A DNA stretch of 61,742 nt, the filler included, from Sphacelaria rigidula (taxonomy: Eukaryota), in the NCBI GenBank assembly GCA_964200075.2. It is 8 parts of 8 records of this genome, joined end to end, with 100 filler letters (N's around TTAATTAATTAA, not from the genome) between each part and the next. Parts side by side here need not be neighbours in the genome. Positions count along the whole stretch, not along the records: positions 1 to 7,631 come from CAXNAA020014023.1; positions 7,732 to 15,362 come from CAXNAA020014024.1; 6 more parts are not named here. One strand, written 5' to 3'. Made by a program: the position numbers and the translations under genes. Below are positions 1 through 9,661 of this stretch, one piece after another (within the stretch, counting starts at the first letter, position 1; every line of letters starts with the position of its first letter). The notes beneath the pieces are model-generated. The model had not been told where the DNA came from and made no database searches. It was given only the letters and a program-made list of their open reading frames with translations.

Positions 1-106
1 TGTTGACCGTCCTCCTGTGTGTCCCCGGCTGATGCGCCCACATATTCCGAAAGGGGTAGACTGGCGCCCAGAAATAAATGGGACGACAACACACACACAC
101 ACACAC
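1..106 (+). mobile_element. 3' end of tRNA-derived SINE (cut by contig start)
   Basis: Matches the 3' part of the full copy at 32529-32889 (ccccggctgatgcg..cacat..ccgaaagg.gtagac..atgggacgacaa) and ends in a (CA)n tail. Confidence 0.85.
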
Positions 107-477
107 AGAAACATCTGCAGCATTCTTGCCTCCGCACCCGTGATCATGAATTGATCGTACTTGCGCTCCATAAGGCACACGAGTACCGTACTACGTACTA
201 TTGCAACGAATACTCCATGACGTCGTCTTCGATAACACCCTCACGAAGCGAAGCGAAGATCTAATATTTGATTATCATCAAGTGCAAGGCCAGTACCGGG
301 GGAGCGTTGGGCTAATCGCCGGGGTTTGCGGACTCGTCCCGAGGAGTGGAAGGAGGGGGAGGCGCGGGGTTAAGGAACACATCGAACACCGTGAGGAGGA
401 ACATATACGGGGGGGTACGCATGACCGCCCCCTGCACCTCCCCTCGGCGCGCGCTCCCGCGATTTGTTGCAGCTCAC

Positions 478-591
478 ATGCGTGACAGGATGCCTAGCCC
501 TTCCGTCCCGAAACACGTCCGTCTTGGACCCCTCTGGACGCCGCCAGTACGCTCCTTGAACGGGTAACCACCACTCCATACCGGCTACGGC
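478..591 (-). CDS. SUMF1: Formylglycine-generating enzyme (SUMF1/FGE), internal exon; the gene continues past the contig start
   Basis: Encodes AVAGMEWWLPVQGAYWRRPEGSKTDVFRDGRARHPVTH, matching the FGE motif WWLPV.GA.WR.PEG...HPV.HVSW. CAG acceptor, GTGAGC donor, 114 bp, phase 0/0. Confidence 0.93.
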
Positions 592-655
592 CTGATCTTG
601 CAGCACCAGAACAAGACAGAACAGAACAAAGTGGAGAGCACGCGCGCGCGCGCGC

Positions 656-728
656 GGGGGGGGTTCTCATTTATTGCTTGCCTCAGTCGTTTGACCATTG
701 ACCGTGCATGCCTTTCGACACGGAGCAC
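656..728 (+). repeat. Abundant dispersed repeat, type-II end (GGGG..TCATTT.TTGCTTGCCT.AGTCGTTTGACCATTGACC..GCAT.CC)
   Basis: Similar copies at 953-1026, 15692-15761, 48702-48768(-) and 60295-60365(-). Confidence 0.85.
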
Positions 729-952
729 GCGGGGGGCGGGGGGAGTGGAAATCGACATAGTGTTGCCTAGCTTGACAGGATAAACTTTGAGGAACCCCAA
801 CACAAAAAATCGAACGACTTTCAACGCGCCACATGGGATAGTGTGCTCAGGACAGCTACTATTCATACTTCCTACCAGCCCTTTTTCCTCCGAACGAGTC
901 TGGAGTCTCAAGGGGTCGACCACATATGCAAGCAGACACGCCCGCATGTCAT

Positions 953-1026
953 GGGGGGAGGCGTACTTATTTATTGCTTGCCTCAGTCGTTTGGCAATTG
1001 ACCACGCATCCCTCTCGAGACGGAGC
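953..1026 (+). repeat. Abundant dispersed repeat, type-II end
   Basis: Second copy, about 300 bp from the first, within a SUMF1 intron. Confidence 0.85.
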
Positions 1027-1194
1027 CAGTCAAGGGGAGGGGGGGGGGCGATGAAGCTATCGCTACCGTGGGCACACATCGTGTTTGACACTTCGACTTG
1101 TTGCAGGGTCGCGAAAGTCCTACAGCATATCCAGTCATTCGTGCGTGCGCCCGCGCATATGTGTAACCTGTCTGTTTTTTCAACGGCCGCTCGC

Positions 1195-1327
1195 CTGCTG
1201 GATTTCCTTCTTCTGCCGCTCGGACAACATGTCGAGGAAGACGAACGACCAGCCATAATTCTCGCTGTCGCTGACGTAGGATGTGCTCCTCACGAACGCT
1301 CGGAAGTCTTCGTTTGTCACCATGTGT
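1195..1327 (-). CDS. SUMF1: SUMF1/FGE internal exon ending at a GC donor
   Basis: Encodes HMVTNEDFRAFVRSTSYVSDSENYGWSFVFLDMLSERQKKEIQQ (FGE pattern V.N..F..FV..T.Y...E..G.SFVF). CAG acceptor, donor CAG|GCGAGC, 133 bp, phase 2/0. Confidence 0.9.
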
Positions 1328-2472
1328 CTGTTGATGAACATTTTTGATTTTTTGATCCGTTAGGAAACAGCGCAACAACAAGAAGAAAAGGAAAAAAAAT
1401 CAAAATTGAGGATCTAAAGTAACATCAGACACAAAAAAAATGTCGACAACGATCCGAAAACGAAGACATGGAGCGGACACGAAGTTCTTGGGGTAGTGCA
1501 CCCTGTCCCACCCTCTTCCCGCCTTCCTTCCCCCCCTTCCGCAGTGTATATTGGTACGTGAGTGTCAGTGATATCTTTCTCTCGCCACAATAGCACGGGT
1601 ATTCATAAAAGCGAAAGTTCTGAAATATTCGGCCAAACGTTGAAAGTCGAGAGGGTCGCCAGAAAGAACTAACTGGACTTTTTCGATCAAGAGAGTGGAT
1701 CATGAATGCAATCGGCATCACTTCTACCTCAAGAATGACTGCAAGAATCAGATGTCCCCTCCTGGTGGTCACTAAGTTGAAGACTAAAGAAGGCCTCTTT
1801 TCCGCATGTACCAAAAAAACGAGAAAATATACGGCCGTACGAAAGCAACGCCAAGTGAGAACACGTGAAAAAGCATATGGAGGAAGAAACGATGGACTGA
1901 ACGGCACAAAAAAAACGAGCACTCACCCACACCGTAGCTGTACTCCACACTCGACACGTGCACAAACGCAGCACTCGTAAATGTAAATTTTTGTTCAACG
2001 ACAATATCAAAACAAGTAATCCGACCAACCAAATGAGCCATTTTGGGTGACCTTGAAGAAGAATTCATCATCTATTAGAGATATCTCAAACTCGGCTCCC
2101 GGTATCCTGGTTTGTTTTGTTCTATTTTTTCAACTGAAAGTGATGCCGGCTCATCAGATGATGAGACCCGTTGACCACCAGGTCAGGTCCTCCCACGAAT
2201 CGCGTTCACGTTCACTTGAAAAAATAGTACACAACTTACAGCCAGCGAATAAACCAGGATACCGGGAGCCGAGTTTGAAATACCTCTATTACTACGTCCT
2301 TTTCAACGACACCTGTCTGACGCTTGAGAAAAAAATTATAGTCCAATTGCTTCCGAGCCGTAAAATGGTACGCGTGGCGTTGATTCCTGGCAACGATTCA
2401 TCCGATACACGTCGACGAACCTCGGGAGTGCCGATTCAACAGCCGGCAGAAAGGCGCAAAGCAAGTACCAGC

Positions 2473-2684
2473 GGGGTGTACTCATGATCTCGCGTGTCGT
2501 CATAAGACCATTGACCTCGCGTGCCTACAAAGCCGGGACGGAGCATGCCGGGTTTTTGCCGGACCAGGCTCGCTGTCACCAAGCGCGAAGCGACGCGATG
2601 TGTCCGGCGAGTCGCATGAAGGGTGAGCTGCACCCAGCTAAGATTGTTCGGCCTGAAGCGTACTAATTATCTTGCATACGAATG
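2473..2684 (+). repeat. Abundant dispersed structured repeat, type-I end (GGGG.GTACTCATGATC..GCATG..GTAGTCATAAGACCATTGACCTCGC)
   Basis: Homologous over about 210 bp to 34062-34281(-). Partial copies at 7549-7631, 15463-15518, 23024-23093, 30759-30824, 48790-48925 and 60388-60425. Confidence 0.88.
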
Positions 2685-3216
2685 TACCAGGAGCAGTGAT
2701 GGATCAATCGATCCCTCGAGATGACGGGGCTCGTTCCCGAAGATGGGAGGGGGGAATAGTGCCAGCATAGCGGGGCACACGATACTTTCGACACAGGAGA
2801 TACATGCATCAAGGAGCTAACCCTTTGACCGGGAGTGAGTTGTTATTTTCCGGATCAGAAAGTAAACATGTGGCCGCGAATTAGTTGTCATTTTCTAGTG
2901 ACTTTCAAAATAGGTATGTCGGTGCCAGTATTTCATGACTGCATGAATCCTGCTGCAGCTGTCAATATTTTAAAGCATTGGCATGCATGCAGCATGGGGT
3001 AGTTCGCGAACAAAGCCCGTACGGACATGAATGGACATGCCTACGGCCGCAGCCTGCCTACGACATCCTCTTTTCTTTCCATGTTCGCACATATCCCCTA
3101 CCGATCAATGTCATTTTCCATTAACGGTACGGCGTCTTCTACGAGATATAATATGTACCAACCGCACACAAGCCGTGCAACGCGTAATAGCCGTTTCGCA
3201 CGGGTCTTACTCTCAC

Positions 3217-3269
3217 GTGTCTATGTAGTAGGTCGACAGCTTCGTTATTCGACTCGGGCCTTCTCCATC
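3217..3269 (-). CDS. SUMF1: SUMF1/FGE internal micro-exon
   Basis: Encodes DGEGPSRITKLSTYYID(T) (FGE pattern DGE.P.R.V....F..D). CAG acceptor, GTGAGA donor, 53 bp. Phase 0/2 fits both neighbouring exons. Confidence 0.9.
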
Positions 3270-3789
3270 CTGCACGCACCACAACCATCAAGCAAATGAA
3301 CGGATAAACGCATGGCCGTCGATCAGAAATATACGGCCTGCTTCATGTCGTTTCGGGTTTGAATTGTTCATTCGATTACGGAGCGGGAGGCGCGTGTATA
3401 CCAAACCGCACTAATGCGTGCCGCTACGTGACGATTCGAAATATCTTCGCAAGACATGAAAACGTGTTGGACATTTTTGGCCATAGTCGAGAGGACTAGT
3501 TTAATGTAATGTGGATTGAAGGCCATCCCCAGAGAAATCTAATACTATATTGGCATGAGCGAGCGCGCAGGCTACTCTTGAGCGGAGAATGACGACGAGT
3601 ACACCAGCACACAAGCGAAGCCCGTGGCGTACCCCTCCTTCTCCAGGAAGCAGGCAACACACAGATGCATAGGTGCATAAGAGCAAAACAGATCACCTTT
3701 GAGATGAAACATGTTTGTTAGGCCGCGGCCCAGGGCAACAAAATAACACTACTGTACTGCAGAGTTGGGCTAGTCTCCACCAGACCCAC

Positions 3790-4199
3790 CGGAATGATGA
3801 AGGGGTGGTCAGTGCCGAACGAAAACTTGCCGCCTTCTACCCGCACCATACCCTTCAGTCTACCATTGTCGTCATCATCGTCGGCTTCGGGTGTTGTCGA
3901 TACATCCACATATTTGCCGGCAGTCGTCGACGTGGCCTCACTGGCACATGTCGCTACTGCCGCGTGCTCGGTCTGCCCGTCGTTTGTCCCACCACTGGTA
4001 CTACCACTACTGGTACTGCTGCTTGTTGTATCCCCTCCACCGGTGGCGGCGGTTGCGGCTGTTGACAAGTCTCGACTGAGACCCTTGGAGCAGCCACAGT
4101 CTGCTGTTTCTGCCGCTTGTGCTGCTACTGTTGTTGTTGCTGTTGTTGCTACTGCTGCCGCTTCTTCTGACTTTCTCGGAACAGCTTGTGGGTCGTCGC
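3790..4199 (-). CDS. SUMF1: SUMF1/FGE exon: low-complexity N-terminal region plus start of the FGE domain
   Basis: Ala/Thr/Ser-rich stretch with the CGC motif typical of eukaryotic FGE N-termini, then MVRVEGGKFSFGTDHPFIIP. CAG acceptor, GTGGGT donor, 410 bp, phase 1/0. Confidence 0.88.
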
Positions 4200-4339
4200 C
4201 TGCGCGAATCATATCCAACCACAAAAAAGGAAAGCATCGGCGGGTGGTGGGAAATACCGTACACAATAACAAATACGTGAAAGTTTTGGACAAACGAGGT
4301 AGGAGACAGTCTGCTTCCAGCGAGGTTCCAAACACTTAC

Positions 4340-4352
4340 CAAAAAAGCCCAT
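4340..4352 (-). CDS. SUMF1: Candidate first coding exon of SUMF1 (MGFF-G)
   Basis: ATG GGC TTT TTT G followed by a consensus GTAAGT donor. Phase 1 matches the next exon, and there is an in-frame stop upstream. Only the splice signal and phase support it. Confidence 0.45.
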
Positions 4353-5949
4353 GATAACTCGAGGTTCTCTCGTTCAAACAGCAGACACAACAGGGTGTAC
4401 GTCACTAGTGAAAAATGTACGAGGTTGACAGAAACGGCGAAACGTGGAGAGTGACCGGTGATCTTCGACGTTAATAAAAATCCAACTTATATCTCGAGAG
4501 TTTGGGACAGGCCATAACCCGACAGTTTAGAACGACGTTTCTCATCTGCCTTACATAACTCCAGGCGCACCAGGCGATGATCTCGCTTGTATTTCCGCAT
4601 TATTCTTTCTCGCGGGCGTACGGAAGGACAAGCAACAGTTGATCTTACTCTCACTCGTTCTGAACGACGTCTTAAGAGCGCCGTGAGAACTAACGCCGGT
4701 CACTCTGTATCCCCAACTATGCAAAACTACAAGGCATACCTTTTCCTGCGTGCTGACTATTTCAATATGGGAAAAGTCCTCAACAACGTGAGGGACGTTG
4801 ACCCGTTTAAGGCGGTCCAGACTGATTGTTCCGAATGTGGTGACAAGATGGGCACACCAAAGACCGTTGGCAAACATATGCTTGATATTGGCATTGTTAA
4901 ATATTTGCGCATGAGTCAAGACGAGGACTTACACATTAGACGCCACGTACAATTAACAACACATGTGATCGCGCCATCAGTACTGTAGTCATGCATGTGG
5001 GACGACTTCAGCACACAACATGGGAGAATGCATGAAGGAATTTAACACGCATTCGCCCTCAGTGATGACATGGGGCTGCAGCATGCCTGTTGGCAAGACG
5101 TCGGCTTTTCTTAGAAGCTCTCACTAACCGATCATGTCTGACCGGGGCTCATCTACGGCGACCAAAACACCATCCTTGGAAAAATCACGGGGCGGTCAGC
5201 GGAGAAACAGTCGGACGAGGTAGCATGAGCGTTCAAGGTCAGCCTTCCTGTTAGTATTGGGATGGAATGAGGGCTGCAGCTGCAACGGCTGCTCCCTAAG
5301 CAGGTTTAGAGGACTCCTTGTGCTCGCGAATAGAGTTTTAGACCCTGGTTTGGGAGCTCAAGGGTCAACCCTTGCTGTCTTCTGCTGCATGCCGGGCGGG
5401 CGGGACGGCCAAAAACTGCTACCCCCTCTGACGTCCCTCAAGTGTTTGCTTTCGTCGGTGCTTTACAACTGATCGCAGAGGGTCTCTACGGGGATTAATC
5501 CATACTCTCGGAACGTTCCCTGAGTTATTTTCTCGTTCCCGACGTCGCTATTTCCGTGATGAAACCACAACCACCCGCCTTTAAGTCAGCAGAAAGTACT
5601 GCAGTATATCTCTTTTGCGCTCTTCGTCTTGCTACTACTGGGATGGAATAAGGTCTCATGCCACCGTTGGCGCCCTCGCCCAAACTTCCGCTTCTGGCGA
5701 CCGTTCGCTTACCCAAAGTTCATGTGGCGTTGTTACTCGCGTTTCATAGATGTGTTCATTCATTGTTTATTCACTAATTCTTCTTTTTTCTTCAACAAAA
5801 TAGATTTACTGCTACATGTGGTATATATTCATGAATCACAATAGAACCCAGATTCCGCCGGATTTAGTGTTTCTCCTAGCTCATTAGCGTCTGTGTATCA
5901 GCCTCCAGCGCTTCTGCCCTTTTCGTCTCCTGTGGTACCGTATCGTGTG

Positions 5950-7450
5950 TCGCACATATCTGCTCGTTATCCTGCTCTATTTACACCCTATCCCCGCCGT
6001 CACTGTCGCGACATCTTGCCCGGCGATCGTGCGCGCTACCGCCGATGCAAATGAGTGCATTATGCACTCCTTATCCCTAACCCCGTCAGGTGGGCACGCT
6101 TTTGCAGCCTTGCCGTTGTAGCCCTAGGTGTCATCGCTCTGTCCCCCCTCGCCTGCTTAGTATCTCCATTGTCTTTATTTCCGGAAAGAGGAAACCCCGT
6201 CTTCCCTTCCAACCACATGACTGCCTAGCCTGGCCGTACAGCTCCAACGCTGCCTCAATCTCCAGTCTGGTGATACATGACACACGTGCTTGGAACCTTT
6301 TCTCAGCGTTTTCGGAGTTCAAAACTATACCTTTATCCTCCGGCAGCCGCAGAACATTGTCATCATGTTCATTAAAGCTCGTCTACCGCCTGCCGTCCTG
6401 AACGCTACTGTGAACAACGCCATGTCTCTCACCAACGCAATCCTTTCTGTCGGATGGTTGCCCCCCGCTGACTGTACCCTGATGGCACGAACCATCGCTG
6501 CTACATCTGGCCGCCGCAGCAGCTCTGCTTGCTTAGCAGTGACTCCCGCCCGCTACTGGTCGGCCGCCGAGAACGCTAAAGATTCCGACACTTGCACCCT
6601 CTTGACCGGGTAGTCTGTGTTCTGCCACCGACAAGCCATCGCTGTTAGCTAGCAGCTCCGCATACGCGCAGCGCGATTCAGTGATATATTGCTGGTTCGA
6701 AAACGTATGCGTGTAACGCCTCGCACACCCCAAACCGCGCTCTTTGCACCCTTCCAAACCGTTCACTCCCGCCTCCGGACATTGTGTATCACGCACCACT
6801 TTTTGCACCTGTATCCTGCGAATCCTTCTATGCGAAGTAGTCCACCACCTGGTCCGGGTGACCCTTTCCCGTCCTCTGGCGCCTTCTGAACGCTGCCTCA
6901 CTACACGATCAAACGCGTCTGCCACGACACTCTTGCGTCTCTGCCCTACTTTAGCTGCTCTTGCTCTAGCAAAATCCTCTAGTCCCTCCTTGAGCAAACT
7001 CTCACGAATCCAAAGGTTTCTCTTCTTCCAGTATCTGCAGTGGTTTCACCATTTCCGCCGACAATCCGCAAAACAGAATTTATTATTCCCGCAATTGTGC
7101 CCAAGGCATGCACTACATGAGAATCTTGGCACCCGATCTGCCATTCTGGTGGCCCCTCGATCCGCTCCTCGCAATACCTTATTCGCACTCGCTCTTTTGA
7201 AGAGCGGTGAGTTCAATCAACGGAGTCAACGCCGGCGCCCAAGTATCCGCCTCCGTCCCCACCTATCACGTTGTTATGGTACGCTAGGAGTTGCGCTGCA
7301 AGTCACATTCTCGCCCTGTACCTACTGTGTATTCGAGTTCAACAGCCACCATGTCCCACTGCGCAAACACAAATGGCTGCTCACCCTTGATGTGGTGGTC
7401 GGCAAAGAAAGCCTTACCGCTACCTGCCGCTGCCACTGATTTTTCGCTCA
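5950..7450 (-). pseudogene. Decayed tyrosine recombinase of a DIRS/Ngaro-type retrotransposon, with upstream pol-derived remnants
   Basis: Manual translation across stops and frameshifts gives DQ*RAGVTAKQA, ERIALVRDMALFTVAFRT, NVLRLPEDKGIVLN..KTLRKG, GWKGRRGFLFP, MHSF..AVARTIAGQD and SRYV. This is the motif order of DIRS-like YR domains, including the H-x-x-R box (degenerate) and the catalytic Tyr. Confidence 0.8.
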
Positions 7451-7548
7451 CGAACGCTCCCAATCTTGGATAGTGTCATTCTACGATAGCCTCCCCACCA
7501 AACGCAACCAAACAATACCAGAAAATAAAGCAACTCATTCTAGGCTGT

Positions 7549-7631
7549 TATCCAAATGCAATATGATCAGTAGGCTTCGGGCCGAACAGTCCTTGCAGGA
7601 TGCAGCTCACCCTTCATACGACTCGCCGGAC
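7549..7631 (-). repeat. Type-I structured repeat fragment at contig end
   Basis: Reverse complement of the 2603-2684 segment. Confidence 0.75.
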
Positions 7632-7731
7632 NNNNNNNNNNNNNNNNNNNNNNNNNNNNNNNNNNNNNNNNNNNNTTAATTAATTAANNNNNNNNNNNNN
7701 NNNNNNNNNNNNNNNNNNNNNNNNNNNNNNN
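7632..7731. other. Artificial contig linker
   Basis: N44-TTAATTAATTAA-N44 (stop codons in all six frames). Contig 1 is 7631 bp. Confidence 0.98.
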
Positions 7732-8280
7732 ACATATATATATATATATTTCAGTTCCATTTCTGAGCGCGTGTACACTGCGATGTCCGGGGGACATGTG
7801 GTTTCGGGAACAACTACACATCGTGGTTTTGAGACCCCTGTCTGAGCGCTGATTCCGACCACCGCTACTCCTCCGTATCTCGAACTGACTTTCTCATGTT
7901 TGTTGCCGCCGGCCGTCTCTGCCGTGTCCACTATGTTGATTTCCGTCGCAGCGTTCGACGTTCAATCAGATGAACGAGCTGTTCCTCATCACGAAGCCCG
8001 GCCAGCAGATCGAATACCCAGAAATTCCCTTGTGAGGAAAGTACAGGGTATACAACACGCCTAGAGAGGCTTTAGATTCAATACCTCAAGAAGTCCTCGA
8101 TCAGCAATGTATTCGCCTTGTATTGGTTGCATCCAATAGACAACTAAGGCGCCTCGTGGAACCCGGCAAGGAAGCCTACCAGCCAGAAGCAGCCCTGTAT
8201 TTGGAGGTGTCAGACACCTGCATATTCTACCATTTGGAATGGGAAACGGGTGGGAAGGGCGTTGTGATGGGGATAAGGTC

Positions 8281-8427
8281 TGTGACTGTTTAAGAGACAA
8301 CCAACTAGACTACGGGAATCGAGCCAGCGACTAACTTTTGTCACGGTTGAAGAGACAACCAACTAGACTACTGACCGGCAGCGCTGACTGGTCAGTAGTC
8401 TAGTTGGTTGTCTCTTTCACCGTCACA
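8281..8427. repeat. Small palindromic MITE-like element with a duplicated arm
   Basis: About 27 bp of perfect stem (8350-8376 with 8390-8416). An extra copy of the left arm lies at 8281-8313. Outer ends are TGTGAC...GTCACA. Confidence 0.85.
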
Positions 8428-9600
8428 GGTCAAAAATACCACACAACGACCCCAGAGACTCGTACATTACCGCTGCGATAGACAGCGCAGATGGTACGCA
8501 GCACGCTGTAATGGCCAGTGTGCAAGAGAGTCCAGAGAGGAATGGGAGGCTCAGGGCGAAGCAGCCTATCGCGGTCACTCCCGGGGAGCTGGTCGTAGGT
8601 GGGCCGGGAGTTGAGCAAAGGTGGCTGAGGGTCAGACGCGACACAGGTCGAGAGGAGTTGGAAGGCGAGATAGCCCCCGATGATGACTACGGCGACTGTG
8701 ATACTGGAAGTGATGGCGATGGTGATGATGGTGATGATTGCAATAGCGATAGTGATGACGCTGGAGTCTCGAGTTGCAGTGGCGCAGTTGGAAAGTGAAA
8801 GTAATAGGTTCACATACAGGTCAGGATGTGGACGCGAACGTACAGTTCAGGGCAGGGTCGAGATGCTGTCATGTACCATGGATGGGGGGTTGCGATGGGG
8901 TGTAGTATGACGGGACCATACGAAGGGATTTTGGGGTGGATGCAAACGATTTTTCTTTAGACTGAGAAATTGCTGCATCAAATATGCTCAAACCGGATTG
9001 GAAAGCTCGACGGGTATTTGCAGTACGGTAGATTCGTGCGATAGATTATTCAAGTTGTACATCGACCGTCAAAGAAGGAGATTGATGTTGCGTTTATATG
9101 TGTCTTCCTTCACGACAGTAGACGCTCAATCATCCCCCCGGCACATCACTGCGTTGGCAGTGATATCCCCCCATCACGTCACTGATGAGCAACTTGACCC
9201 CAGAGATTTTCTTCTGGACACGGGCCTCGACACAAACAATAGTGAGAGCATCGTCAAAATCAAACAAACGCATTCGCACGGAAAAATCGTTGTTCTGGTC
9301 CATCGCCCGCAGCAAACCAGGGATGGGCGGCACGTACAACCACGGACGCACTTGCTTCTCCTCCCCAAAATTGCAAATCAGCGCTGTCGTGCGGTACTTC
9401 TGAGGGCTTTTCGTCATTCAAGGGCTGGGTTCTTCGAACCTCATTTTCATGACGAACCTCATTTGAGAGAATTCCCTGTTACATGTTGCTGACTGTGTCG
9501 GGGGTGGCGGTAGTGGTGTTGGCATCAGTTGCGTCGGATTCGGAGTTGTTGCCGATGACGGAGGTGATGCAGTCCGGAAGTGATAAGTAGCGTCGGCACA

Positions 9601-9601
9601 G

Positions 9602-9660
<59 letters not shown>
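9601..9660. repeat. (GTT)20 microsatellite
   Basis: Perfect trinucleotide run. Confidence 0.97.

Positions 9661-9661
<1 letters not shown>

Noticed and set aside
4587..4988. 133-aa plus-strand ORF with a CxxC...H pattern
   Set aside because: It may be a relic of a LINE C-terminal zinc-finger region, but no further motifs support it.
7676..7687. Regularly spaced TTAATTAATTAA motif every ~7.73 kb
   Set aside because: It is a synthetic six-frame-stop linker inside N runs.
8511..8798. Acidic 95-aa ORF as a first exon
   Set aside because: It is plausible, but there is no recognisable domain, no strong donor and no downstream exon, so support is too weak to call.
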